26,316 nt of DNA from a virus (lineage: Duplodnaviria > Caudoviricetes), in IMG/VR virus record IMGVR_UViG_3300026254_000135, positions 1-26,316 of that record. The stretch is one strand, 5' to 3'. The translations under genes were made by a program, and so were the position numbers. Below, one piece after another: positions 8,738-17,900 of the stretch (positions are counted from its first letter, which is position 1; every line of letters begins with the position of its first letter). The notes under the pieces are model-generated. The model saw only the letters and a list, made by a program, of their open reading frames with translations. It was not told the DNA's origin and did not search any database.

Positions 8738-9241
8738 ATGAGCGCAATAAAGTTATTAAATACGGATGAAGATATTAGAGTCGCACCTAACTTTACTCTT
8801 CCTGAACTTGTGAAAAGTTCAACAGCAGAAAGAATGGGAATATCAAATATGCCCGATTCTGCACAGATTTTAGTTAACCTCGTAAATGTTGCAAATCATA
8901 TTTTACAACCGGCAAGAGATGAATTCGGACCACTGCGTGTGAATAGTGGCTATAGAGGGCTTGCTTTGAATAAGGCAGTTGGTGGATCTAAGACAAGTCA
9001 ACATTGTTTTGGTGAAGCAGCTGACTTTGAAAGTTCCAGGATAGGTAATTATAAATTAGCATGCTGGGTTAGAGACAATTTAGATTTTGATCAACTAATT
9101 TTAGAATTTTATACTCAAGGCGAACCTAGTAGCGGTTGGGTACATTGCTCTTATAAAACAAATGGCCAGAATCGCAAAAAGATTAATACTGCTTTGAGAA
9201 TTAAAGGAAAAACTGTTTACAAGCCAGGATTAATTCAATGA
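8738..9241 (+). CDS. Peptidase M15A family (Zn D-Ala-D-Ala/L-Ala-D-Glu peptidase), candidate endolysin
   Basis: NFTL.EL..S.TA, SGYR...LN.AVGG...SQH..GEAAD and WVHCS (Zn ligands H, D, H). Confidence 0.85.
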   Translation: MSAIKLLNTDEDIRVAPNFTLPELVKSSTAERMGISNMPDSAQILVNLVNVANHILQPARDEFGPLRVNSGYRGLALNKAVGGSKTSQHCFGEAADFESSRIGNYKLACWVRDNLDFDQLILEFYTQGEPSSGWVHCSYKTNGQNRKKINTALRIKGKTVYKPGLIQ

Positions 9242-9408
9242 ACAGATTATTAATACTTCCTCTTTTAATATATCTTCAATTTCTTTATCTGATTGGAGCA
9301 TATAGGGGTAGGAGCAAGATTGATGATCAGATATTATGGACACGAAAGAAATTAGAATCTTACGGGCATAAACTAGACTACAGTAAAATCGACTACTTCC
9401 AAAAATGA
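9238..9408 (+). CDS. Small membrane-anchored protein (56 aa), missed by the ORF track
   Basis: MNRLLILPLLIYLQFLYLIGAYRGRSKIDDQILWTRKKLESYGHKLDYSKIDYFQK. ATGA overlaps at both ends (peptidase stop and gp43 start); hydrophobic N-terminus. Confidence 0.65.
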   Translation: MNRLLILPLLIYLQFLYLIGAYRGRSKIDDQILWTRKKLESYGHKLDYSKIDYFQK

Positions 9409-11909
9409 AATTTTATACAAATGTACACCAAGTCGGTGATCATGTTTTAGTGAGAGGATATGAAAATGGTCAACGTTTCGATGATCGTATTGAATATCAT
9501 CCCACAGTATATATCCCCACTCAAGAAAAATCAAAGTTTAAAACTATTGATGGTAAAACATTAGCACCTATCAAACCAGGCACAATAAAAGAAACAAGAG
9601 ACTTTATTCGTAAGTATGATGGGGTAGAAAATTTCCAAATTTACGGAATGACTGCTTGGAGATATAGTTATATTTACGATGAGTTCCCTAAGGATAGGGG
9701 AATTGATTATGACTTTTCACAATTAATAGTTGCTAGTATTGACATAGAGGTTGCCTCAGAACATGGATTTCCAGATCCAATACCCGCTTCTGAAGAGATA
9801 CAAGCAATAACTGTTGGAGCAAAAGGAAAATATTACGTGTTTGGATGTGGTGAATACAATAATACAAACCCCGCTGTTGAATATTTTCATTGTGCAGATG
9901 AGAATCATTTGATTGAAGAGTTTCTTTCATTTTGGGAAAAGTTAGCACCAGACATTGTTACGGGATGGAATATTCAGGGATTTGATATACCATATTTGGT
10001 TAATAGAACTAGTAGATTATTTGATAAAAAGACTGTTAAAAGATTATCGCCTTGGAGAATGGTTAATGAACGATCAACAACTTTTAGAGGTAGAGAAACA
10101 ATCTTTCATGATCTTATTGGAATATCTGTAATTGATTATATAGATGTATACAGAAGGAATTCACCACCATCAGAAAGCTATAGATTAGATTATATTGCTT
10201 CCGTTGAATTAGGTGAAAGGAAATTGTCTTTCGAAGAATATGGAAACCTTCATACATTGTATAAAGAGAATTATCAATTGTTTATCGATTATAATATTAA
10301 AGATACTCAGTTAGTAGAACGATTAGAAGAAAAGAAAAAATTAATAGAGATGGTGGTTGCACTGGCTTATGAAGCAAAGGTTAACTATCAAGATACATTT
10401 GGAATGGTTATGATGTGGGAAGTGATTCTTGCAAATGATCTAATGAATAGAAATATAATAGTACCACCTAAAAAAGATAATACAAAAAATGCGGCTTACA
10501 CCGGCGCGTATGTAAAAGAGGTTCAAGCAGGCTTACATAATTGGGTTGTTAGTTTCGATTTAAATAGTCTATATCCTCATTTAATCATGCAATACAATGT
10601 TAGTCCTGATACTATTTTAACAGGTGTTACAGAGCCATGTCGAGTCGATTCTTTATTGCATAAGGAAATAGATTTAAACAAATATTATGATAAAGATATT
10701 ATCATCGCTCCTAATGGACAAGGATTCAGAAAAGATGTACAAGGATTCTTGCCTAGAATAATGCAAGAGAAGTATGATAATCGCGTCATCTTTAAAAAGA
10801 AGATGATTGAGGCTAAGAAGAAATTAGAGAAAGCGACTGATCCAGATGAAATAGAAAAATTAAAAAAAGAAGCAGATTCCTTTGGCAATAAACAAACAGC
10901 TATGAAGTTAATGCTTAATAGTGTTTATGGTGCTTTCGGGAATCCATATTTTAGATTCTTTGATTTGAGAATATCTGAAGCTATTACATTAGGGGGGCAA
11001 CTCAGTATTCGTTGGGCAGAATCGGTGGTCAATAATTATCTTAATAAAGTTATGGAGACAGAAGAAGAAGATTATGTACTCGCATCGGATACTGATTCCC
11101 TCTATATTACTTTAGGGAAGTTAGTAGAAAAAGTATTTCCGGAAAATCCAGATCCCACAAAAGTTATTAATTTTCTAGATAAGGTATGTGAAGAGAAGCT
11201 CCAAGGAGTGATTGATAATGGATATGCGGATCTCGCAAATTATACAAATGCTTTTGATCAGAAGATGTTTATGAAAAGAGAATGTCTAGCTGACAAAGGA
11301 ATATGGACAGGGAAGAAACATTATATTCTTAATGTCCATGATAATGAAGGAGTGAGATATACTAATCCACGACTTAAAGTTATGGGGATCGAATCTGTTA
11401 AATCCTCAACGCCAACATCTTGTAGAGATAAGTTGAAAAAGTCTTTTGATATTATCATTAATCAAGATGAGGCAGCCATTCAAAAATTCATCGCGGATTT
11501 TAGAGAACAGTTCGAAAAAGAACCTATCGAAAATATTGCGTTTCCTAGATCAGTCAAGGGAATTGAAAAGTATAATGGTGGTAAAGATATTTACGGTAAA
11601 GGGACACCTGTGCACGTAAAAGCAACTCGCTTATATAATCACTATTTAAAGCAGAAGCAGTTGCATAAAAAACATCCTTTTATTCAAGAGGGTGAAAAGA
11701 TTAAATTTGTCTATTTAATACAGCCCAATCCTATCAGGGATAGTGTCATCGCTATGATGGAAGGTTTACCTGAAGAATTTGGGCTACATGATTATATTGA
11801 TTATGAAAAGCAATTTGAGAAGTCTTTTAGAGGTCCATTGAATGAAATTTTAAAAGTAATTGGATGGTCACCAGAAAAAACTAGCTCATTAGAGTCGTTT
11901 TTTGTATGA
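9405..11909 (+). CDS. gp43: Family B DNA polymerase (T4 gp43 homologue)
   Basis: Exo motifs DIEV, GWNI.GFDIPY and YNIKD; polymerase motifs SFDLNSLYP, KLMLNSVYG, ASDTDS and KKHY. Uninterrupted. Confidence 0.97.
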   Translation: MKFYTNVHQVGDHVLVRGYENGQRFDDRIEYHPTVYIPTQEKSKFKTIDGKTLAPIKPGTIKETRDFIRKYDGVENFQIYGMTAWRYSYIYDEFPKDRGIDYDFSQLIVASIDIEVASEHGFPDPIPASEEIQAITVGAKGKYYVFGCGEYNNTNPAVEYFHCADENHLIEEFLSFWEKLAPDIVTGWNIQGFDIPYLVNRTSRLFDKKTVKRLSPWRMVNERSTTFRGRETIFHDLIGISVIDYIDVYRRNSPPSESYRLDYIASVELGERKLSFEEYGNLHTLYKENYQLFIDYNIKDTQLVERLEEKKKLIEMVVALAYEAKVNYQDTFGMVMMWEVILANDLMNRNIIVPPKKDNTKNAAYTGAYVKEVQAGLHNWVVSFDLNSLYPHLIMQYNVSPDTILTGVTEPCRVDSLLHKEIDLNKYYDKDIIIAPNGQGFRKDVQGFLPRIMQEKYDNRVIFKKKMIEAKKKLEKATDPDEIEKLKKEADSFGNKQTAMKLMLNSVYGAFGNPYFRFFDLRISEAITLGGQLSIRWAESVVNNYLNKVMETEEEDYVLASDTDSLYITLGKLVEKVFPENPDPTKVINFLDKVCEEKLQGVIDNGYADLANYTNAFDQKMFMKRECLADKGIWTGKKHYILNVHDNEGVRYTNPRLKVMGIESVKSSTPTSCRDKLKKSFDIIINQDEAAIQKFIADFREQFEKEPIENIAFPRSVKGIEKYNGGKDIYGKGTPVHVKATRLYNHYLKQKQLHKKHPFIQEGEKIKFVYLIQPNPIRDSVIAMMEGLPEEFGLHDYIDYEKQFEKSFRGPLNEILKVIGWSPEKTSSLESFFV

Positions 11910-11915
11910 TAAATA
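11908..11915 (+). promoter_or_regulatory. Possible late promoter (NATAAATA)
   Basis: GATAAATA overlapping the gp43 stop codon, 16 nt before the PRT start. Confidence 0.35.
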
Positions 11916-11931
11916 AGTAATAAGGTTTGTT

Positions 11932-12432
11932 ATGAAGGACATGAGAAAACTATGGTATAGCTGGCAGGAAATGTGTTTGGATGTAAATCAGCTCTGTCGT
12001 GACATTACATTGGATAAGTTTGAACCTGACGTTATCGTCGGTTTGAGCCGCGGAGGTTTAACTCCAGGCGTTATGATGTCTCACTGGTTAAAAAAACCGT
12101 TTAAGCCTGTGAAAAGCGCTCTTAGAGATTTTCCCGAATGGGAAGATTATCTGCCAAGGAAGACAGATAAGAGGGTATTAATTATAGATGATATATGCGA
12201 TAGTGGTGAAACATTTGAGCGCATATCTCAATATATAAACGGGCCGAGAGAAAACACGCCTTTACAACTTCAGTGTGACGTAAGATTTGCATCACTCTGG
12301 TGGAATAATGAGGTAGATTTTAAACCTCATTACTATGTTAGAGAAGTCGCTAAAGATACTGAGAAACTTTGGATACATTTTCCTTGGGAATCTTGGTGGA
12401 GTGCTCCGCTAACACTATTTAAACAATCCTAA
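11932..12432 (+). CDS. Type I phosphoribosyltransferase (purine-salvage Gpt/Hpt-like)
   Basis: VGLSRGGL.PG, PRPP-binding loop VLIIDDICDSGET and WIHFPWE. Confidence 0.85.
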   Translation: MKDMRKLWYSWQEMCLDVNQLCRDITLDKFEPDVIVGLSRGGLTPGVMMSHWLKKPFKPVKSALRDFPEWEDYLPRKTDKRVLIIDDICDSGETFERISQYINGPRENTPLQLQCDVRFASLWWNNEVDFKPHYYVREVAKDTEKLWIHFPWESWWSAPLTLFKQS

Positions 12433-12452
12433 CAATAATGGAGTCATAACAC

Positions 12453-12671
12453 ATGTTAGATCAAGCAATAGGTTGGATTAAAAGCCTAACAGAAGCAGGA
12501 CTCGCGCTAATAGCATTAGGCGTGGTTCTTCAAATTCTTTTTGGAGCAGCTGTACCTTTTATTGGCCTCGACGTCATCGGTTCAGTTACCTCTTTAGTTA
12601 AATCCCTTGGTTCAGAAGGATTAGTTGGTTTAGTGGCCATCTGGGTTCTCTGGGGAATTTATTCTAAGTAA
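12453..12671 (+). CDS. Small integral membrane protein (72 aa)
   Basis: Hydrophobic segments GLALIALGVVLQILFGAAVPF and GLVGLVAIWVLWGIY; GGAG Shine-Dalgarno; own terminator downstream. Confidence 0.8.
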   Translation: MLDQAIGWIKSLTEAGLALIALGVVLQILFGAAVPFIGLDVIGSVTSLVKSLGSEGLVGLVAIWVLWGIYSK

Positions 12672-12680
12672 CAACACTTA

Positions 12681-12706
12681 AGAAATGGGGCTTCGGCCCC
12701 CTTTCT
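12681..12706 (+). terminator. Intrinsic terminator with C(UUCG)G tetraloop
   Basis: AGAAA-T-GGGGC-TTCG-GCCCC-C-TTTCT, the classic T4-type UUCG hairpin. Confidence 0.85.
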
Positions 12707-12725
12707 GAAATTTAAATAATGAAAA

Positions 12726-13631
12726 ATGTCATTTCAGGTTCCGATAATTAATTTTAAAAGTGATTCTTGTGAAGAGCAAATGTATAATGCTTATACAACT
12801 GCGGGATTCGCAGTATTCACTAATGTTTATGATGAATGGTTATCGGAATTCCAAGACTGGAAATATCTTACAGAAGAGTTCTTTCAATTACCATTAGATG
12901 TGAAAAAGAAATATGTATATAATGGAGTAAAGGGTTCATCAACATGTCGCGCAGGCTGGGGTGAGATGGGATATATTCAGAGTCGAGATGGTGATTCGAA
13001 AGAATCATATAATTGGATTGAACCAGCAAGAATGCAAGAACAATATTGGCCTACAGAAATTCCAAAGTTTAAATCATTAGCTCAATCTATCCTTCAGATT
13101 TCTCAACGTCTATCTTATCAATTTTTCAATAAGTTTGAAAGTATATTCAAACATAAAAAAGGATATTTAATAGATAAGCATATGAGTGGTTATGTTAATA
13201 TGAGAATGTTTCATTACCCAGCGCATGAGAGGCAAGAGGAACATGAGTCTGGAGGAGAACATACTGATTATGGTTCTATTACTTTACTCTTTCGTTTCGA
13301 TGATGTTGGTGGTCTACAAGTACAGGATAGAGAAACGGATGAATGGATTGATGTTCCTATAATAAAAAATTCAACAGTATTAAATATTGGAGACATGTTT
13401 CAAAGATGGTCTAATGATACATTAAAGTCAACCAATCATAGGGTTGTTAATACAGTTCATGCAAAATCTCGTTATTCAATGCCTTATTTTATAGATCCTG
13501 GTTATAATGTATTAATTAAGAATTTTACAAACGACCCGGATAAACATTCCCCAATTACCACCGATGAATATTTTAAACAGACACTAGCTCAACACAATAT
13601 CGAACAGAGTTGGGAACAACAGATTAATTAA
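12726..13631 (+). CDS. 2-oxoglutarate/Fe(II) dioxygenase, isopenicillin-N-synthase-like family
   Basis: FFQLP...KK, D.KE, HTDYG.ITLL (HxD), NIGD...RWSN..LKST.HRV and RYS (RxS). Confidence 0.88.
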   Translation: MSFQVPIINFKSDSCEEQMYNAYTTAGFAVFTNVYDEWLSEFQDWKYLTEEFFQLPLDVKKKYVYNGVKGSSTCRAGWGEMGYIQSRDGDSKESYNWIEPARMQEQYWPTEIPKFKSLAQSILQISQRLSYQFFNKFESIFKHKKGYLIDKHMSGYVNMRMFHYPAHERQEEHESGGEHTDYGSITLLFRFDDVGGLQVQDRETDEWIDVPIIKNSTVLNIGDMFQRWSNDTLKSTNHRVVNTVHAKSRYSMPYFIDPGYNVLIKNFTNDPDKHSPITTDEYFKQTLAQHNIEQSWEQQIN

Positions 13632-13642
13632 AAAGGAATATT

Positions 13643-13954
13643 ATGATGCCCTTAGCAATTGGATTATTTAATGTCATTTCTGGATTAGTAGTTGACAGAG
13701 CCACAGACTTAGCAAAAGAACATGTGGATAAAATGATAAATGATGTCCTACCAAAAGATACAAAAAAAGCTTTAGATAAAATTATTAAAGAAGATCCCGC
13801 GCATGCATTTAAAGATGCAAAATCAGCATTACAGGGTGCAGTAGAAGGAAAATTGCCCGTCATTAAAGCTGACGGAACAGTCTTACCAATAGAATTTACA
13901 GTAAAAGTTTCATATGACCCTGGCACTGGTAAAATTGACATTAAAAAGTCTTGA
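13643..13954 (+). CDS. Hypothetical protein (103 aa)
   Basis: AAGGA Shine-Dalgarno; co-oriented with neighbours; normal composition. Confidence 0.7.
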   Translation: MMPLAIGLFNVISGLVVDRATDLAKEHVDKMINDVLPKDTKKALDKIIKEDPAHAFKDAKSALQGAVEGKLPVIKADGTVLPIEFTVKVSYDPGTGKIDIKKS

Positions 13955-13979
13955 TTTTTTTTATTGGTTATATTATAAT
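13951..13979 (+). promoter_or_regulatory. Sigma70-type promoter for uvsX
   Basis: TTGATT (13951-13956), 17-nt spacer, TATAAT (13974-13979). Confidence 0.65.
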
Positions 13980-14012
13980 AGAAGTTTATATAATGATTAA
14001 GTGAAAGGTGAT

Positions 14013-15077
14013 ATGAGTGATTATTTCGGAGAAATGTTAAAAGTAACTTCAAACGAGTTCGGATCAATTGTGAAGGATGGTGTTGAAGCAGGCGATGTAG
14101 AAAGTTTTATTGATTCAGGTTCATATATTTTAAACGCATTACTTTCAGGGAGTATTTACGGTGGGCTACCTTCTAACAAGATTACAGCATTCGCAGGTGA
14201 AAGTTCTACTGGAAAAACCTTTTTTGTATTGGGTTGCGTCAGACAGTTTCTCGCAGATAATCCTACTGGTGGGGTTATATATTTTGAAAGTGAATCTGCC
14301 TTAACTAGAGATATGATAGAATCAAGAGGAATTGATTCGTCTAGAATGGTTATCTTACCTGTTGCAACAGTTCAGGAATTCAGGACACAAGCAACGAAAG
14401 TTTTAGAAAGACATTTAGAAGAACCTGAAAAGAATCGGCCGCCAATGATGATATGCCTTGATTCATTAGGCAATCTATCTACCACTAAAGAAATGGAAGA
14501 TGTTAGTGACGGTAAAGATACTAGAGATATGACCAGAGCACAAATGGTTAAAGGAACGTTTAGAGTTCTCACTCTATTAGGTGGTAAAGCGAAGGTTCCC
14601 CTTGTTGTTACCAATCACACATATGATCAAATAGGAACACTGTTTCCACAAAAAATAATGGGTGGGGGAACCGGCCTACACTATGCTGCTTCATCTATTG
14701 TTTTTCTTTCTAAGAAAAAAGAAAAAGATGGCACTGAGGTAATTGGGAATATAGTTCATTGTAGAACATATAAATCCCGACTTACAAAAGAACATAAAAT
14801 GGTTGATGTCCTTCTTACATTTAAAGAGGGATTGAATAGATATTATGGACTAGCTGAATTAGCTGAGAAGTATGGAATCTTTAAAAAGGTTTCAACTAGA
14901 TTAGAAATGCCGGATGGTGAAAAAGTATTTTTGAAATCCGTTTTAAAAAATCCTACAAAATATTTTACAAAAGAAATTCTCGATCAGATTGATGATGTCG
15001 CTAAAAAAGAATTTTTATATGGTGAAATGGGAATAGAAGAAGACTTAACTCTTGAAAATGATAGTAAAGAAAGTTAA
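14013..15077 (+). CDS. uvsX: RecA-like recombinase UvsX
   Basis: Walker [25 protein letters not shown] and MGGG.G..YAAS. ATG 14013 follows AAGGTG. Confidence 0.93.
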   Translation: MSDYFGEMLKVTSNEFGSIVKDGVEAGDVESFIDSGSYILNALLSGSIYGGLPSNKITAFAGESSTGKTFFVLGCVRQFLADNPTGGVIYFESESALTRDMIESRGIDSSRMVILPVATVQEFRTQATKVLERHLEEPEKNRPPMMICLDSLGNLSTTKEMEDVSDGKDTRDMTRAQMVKGTFRVLTLLGGKAKVPLVVTNHTYDQIGTLFPQKIMGGGTGLHYAASSIVFLSKKKEKDGTEVIGNIVHCRTYKSRLTKEHKMVDVLLTFKEGLNRYYGLAELAEKYGIFKKVSTRLEMPDGEKVFLKSVLKNPTKYFTKEILDQIDDVAKKEFLYGEMGIEEDLTLENDSKES

Positions 15078-15243
15078 AGTAGTGGAATTAACATTAGAAG
15101 ATGGTTCTAAAATGATTTGTCGTGGAGGTGAAGAAGCGGTTTTTAGAGCTTGGAATATTTACCCAATAGTTTCTGCTAGATGGACTGGAGAAGAAGAAAC
15201 AATGCAATGGGTATCGGAAACACAAAATGATAATGAGGAGTAA
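15058..15243 (+). CDS. Small hypothetical protein
   Basis: ATG 15058 overlaps the uvsX 3' end; fills the gap to the next gene. Confidence 0.55.
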   Translation: MIVKKVKVVELTLEDGSKMICRGGEEAVFRAWNIYPIVSARWTGEEETMQWVSETQNDNEE

Positions 15244-15245
15244 TA

Positions 15246-16130
15246 ATGTCTAATGGACTTATGGAAGTCTTAGGTGAAGATCTGAAGACATCTAGAACAA
15301 GTGATTTAAGTATAGCTGAACAAACGCGGCAAAATAGAGCACGCAATATCCCAAGGCCCGCATTTAATGAAAATGGAAAACCAATTTTAACATCTGTCTG
15401 GATACCAAGTACAGAACAACTACACGAATATAGGACTGATCCATTTTTAAAATCTATAAAACTTACAGGAAGAACATTTCCACACGTTGTTGAAAATCTT
15501 GTTTTATTATATTCTGATAAAGGGGATATAGTTTATGATCCTATGATGGGTACAGGAACTACTTTATATGTTGGACATAAACTAAACAGAGATGTGCGAG
15601 GAAGTGATTTAAATTCAGATCGCGTAAGATTATTCGAAGAACGATGGCGCAATTATGTTGGTGGTGAAATGCCATCAGCTGTTCCAGCATCAGCAGAAGA
15701 AATACCAATGGAGGATAATAGCGTGCAGTTGTTGATAATGTCTTTTCCTTGGTTTGATAGTTGGACTTTTGGAGAATCGAAAACAGATGCCAGTATGGAA
15801 AACAGAAAATCATTCGATGAGTTTTTAGAACAAGCAAAGAAGGTTTATGTTGAATGCGGTCGTGTAGTAAAACCGGGTGGTTATATAGCTAATATTTTAG
15901 GCAATGCATATCACAAAGGTGTATTTTATCCTGTGTGTATGAGGATGCCTCAAGTAATGTTAGATGCTGGATTGGAATTACATTATCAATTTTGGAATTT
16001 ACGAAACACCGCAGAACATTTGAAAGTGCCTTTCAATAGAAGTGGAAGAGATACTAAAGTCAAAAAGGCTGATAAAGGACATGCTTGGGATGTTCACGAA
16101 GATATAATGATTGCGAGGGTTCCTGAATGA
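15246..16130 (+). CDS. SAM-dependent amino (N4/N6) methyltransferase-like protein
   Basis: Motif I DIVYDPMMGTGTT and GSDL; motif IV-like LLIMSFPW (in place of SPPY); RVVKPGG; GAGGAG Shine-Dalgarno. Confidence 0.72.
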   Translation: MSNGLMEVLGEDLKTSRTSDLSIAEQTRQNRARNIPRPAFNENGKPILTSVWIPSTEQLHEYRTDPFLKSIKLTGRTFPHVVENLVLLYSDKGDIVYDPMMGTGTTLYVGHKLNRDVRGSDLNSDRVRLFEERWRNYVGGEMPSAVPASAEEIPMEDNSVQLLIMSFPWFDSWTFGESKTDASMENRKSFDEFLEQAKKVYVECGRVVKPGGYIANILGNAYHKGVFYPVCMRMPQVMLDAGLELHYQFWNLRNTAEHLKVPFNRSGRDTKVKKADKGHAWDVHEDIMIARVPE

Positions 16131-16543
16131 CTAATGAATTAACCAAAGAAGATTACGACAGAATTGATAGTTATTATAGTTTAGTTCCTCATCCGGAATT
16201 TCCCGATGAAGTTGAGCAAATGTGTGTTCAATTAAAAACGGGCCCTTTTGAAGGAACTATTATAAAATATGGTAAGTTTCAAATAGCACCTCCGGATGAA
16301 GAGGGAGAAAGTAATGCGAAATATGAATACGACGTTGTCTCAGTTCCACCTGAATTACAAGACGTTGAACATTCTGATGAAGAAGGTGTTGAATTTGAAT
16401 ATATGATCGGAGAAATCTTAGTTAAACTATTGTGGGATAGACACATAGAAACATTAAAAGAAGAAAATAAGGAGATTAAAACTAATGACGGGATCGTTGG
16501 AGAGGATAGAGAGACTGATACTATCACATTTAATACACAATGA
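16127..16543 (+). CDS. Conserved hypothetical protein at the gp40 position (before gp41)
   Basis: G.F.G.I.KYG...F...IGEIL pattern of the small acidic gene that precedes gp41 in T4-like phages. Confidence 0.6.
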   Translation: MTNELTKEDYDRIDSYYSLVPHPEFPDEVEQMCVQLKTGPFEGTIIKYGKFQIAPPDEEGESNAKYEYDVVSVPPELQDVEHSDEEGVEFEYMIGEILVKLLWDRHIETLKEENKEIKTNDGIVGEDRETDTITFNTQ

Positions 16544-17900
16544 GAATTTTTCACGTAAAGTCGTTCCCTATGTAAAAGCTGAATATTTTGAAGATACATC
16601 TGAAAGGATGGTCTTTAAATTAATACAAGAATATATTTTAAAGCATAACGATCTTCCTACCAAACAAAGTTTATCAATCGATCTAGATCAGCTAGATGGT
16701 GTTCATGAAAGTGACTATACTAAATCTAGTGAAATAATCCATTCCTTAAATAAGCCAGAGAGTACAGATATCACACCTTGGCTTGTAGAACAATCAGAAA
16801 CATTTTGTCAAGATAAAGCAATATATAATGCTGTAGTAAATGCTATTGCTATTCTTGAAGGTAATGAAAAGACACATCTTTCTAAAGGAGCAATTCCTAC
16901 TGTCTTATCAGATGCATTGGCTGTTTCATTCGATCCACATGTCGGTCATGATTTTATTGAAGACGCTGAAAATAGATTTGAATTTTATCATAGGGTAGAA
17001 GAAAAACTTGAGTATGATCTTGAGATGTTTAATAAGATCACTAAAGGCGGGTTACCTAAGAAGACTTTAAATATTTGTTTAGCAGGCACCGGTGTAGGTA
17101 AATCTTTATTCATGTGTCATCAAGCGGCCGCGGCACTTTCAGTTAATAAAAATGTATTGTATATTACGTTGGAGATGGCTGAAGAAAGGATCGCTGAAAG
17201 AATAGATGCAAATCTTTTAGATATTCCTATGAGTCAATTAGAAGAAATTCCAAGAGATATGTATAAAAAGAAAATTGATAAGCTCAAAGGGAAAACTAAA
17301 GGTAAGGTGATTATTAAGGAATATCCTACTGCATCTGCCAGTGCTATGCATTTTAAAAACTTATTAGGTGAATTAAACTTGAAACGTAATTTCGTTCCTG
17401 ATATAATATTCATAGATTATTTGAATATATGTACTTCTTCTAGAATAAAGGCGGGGGCTAATGTTAATTCGTACACCTATATTAAATCCATTGCAGAAGA
17501 ACTGAGAGGATTAGCTGTAGAATATGATGTGCCAATTGTATCCGCAACTCAAACAACAAGAACAGGATTTACAAGTACCGATATTGGATTAGAAGATACT
17601 TCTGAGAGTTTTGGTTTACCAGCAACGGCTGATTTTATGTTTGCACTTATATCTTCTGAGGAAATGGAAGAATTGAATCAATTGCTTGTAAAACAATTAA
17701 AAAACAGATATAATGATCCTACATCATATAGAAAGTTCATAATAGGAGTAGATAGAAGTAAAATGAGATTATATGATGTAGAACAAAAAGCTCAGGAGGA
17801 TATATCAGATAGCGGACAAGATGATGAACCATTATTTGATACATCTACAGGTAATAGGATGAGAAACAAAGCAGACTTCGGTGGATTTCAATATGAATGA
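16485..17900 (+). CDS. gp41: Replicative DNA helicase (T4 gp41 homologue)
   Basis: Walker A LAGTGVGKS, ITLEMAEE.I..RIDAN, IKEYPT, DYLNI, SESFGLPATAD and KQLKNRY. Confidence 0.96.
   Translation: MTGSLERIERLILSHLIHNENFSRKVVPYVKAEYFEDTSERMVFKLIQEYILKHNDLPTKQSLSIDLDQLDGVHESDYTKSSEIIHSLNKPESTDITPWLVEQSETFCQDKAIYNAVVNAIAILEGNEKTHLSKGAIPTVLSDALAVSFDPHVGHDFIEDAENRFEFYHRVEEKLEYDLEMFNKITKGGLPKKTLNICLAGTGVGKSLFMCHQAAAALSVNKNVLYITLEMAEERIAERIDANLLDIPMSQLEEIPRDMYKKKIDKLKGKTKGKVIIKEYPTASASAMHFKNLLGELNLKRNFVPDIIFIDYLNICTSSRIKAGANVNSYTYIKSIAEELRGLAVEYDVPIVSATQTTRTGFTSTDIGLEDTSESFGLPATADFMFALISSEEMEELNQLLVKQLKNRYNDPTSYRKFIIGVDRSKMRLYDVEQKAQEDISDSGQDDEPLFDTSTGNRMRNKADFGGFQYE

Noticed and set aside
9405-11909. 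Possible intein, intron or split in gp43
   Set aside because: Single 834-aa ORF with all motifs at normal spacing; ASDTDS is a known variant in marine T4-like polymerases.
11932-12432. PRT plus the HxGH enzyme as an NAD+ reconstitution (NARP) pathway
   Set aside because: The PRT is a short type I purine-salvage-like enzyme, not a Nampt or PRPP-synthetase-like protein, and it lies 12 kb from the nucleotidyltransferase.
13624-14067. 147-aa minus-strand ORF
   Set aside because: Overlaps a plus-strand gene with a good SD, the uvsX promoter and the uvsX start; all credible genes here are on the plus strand.
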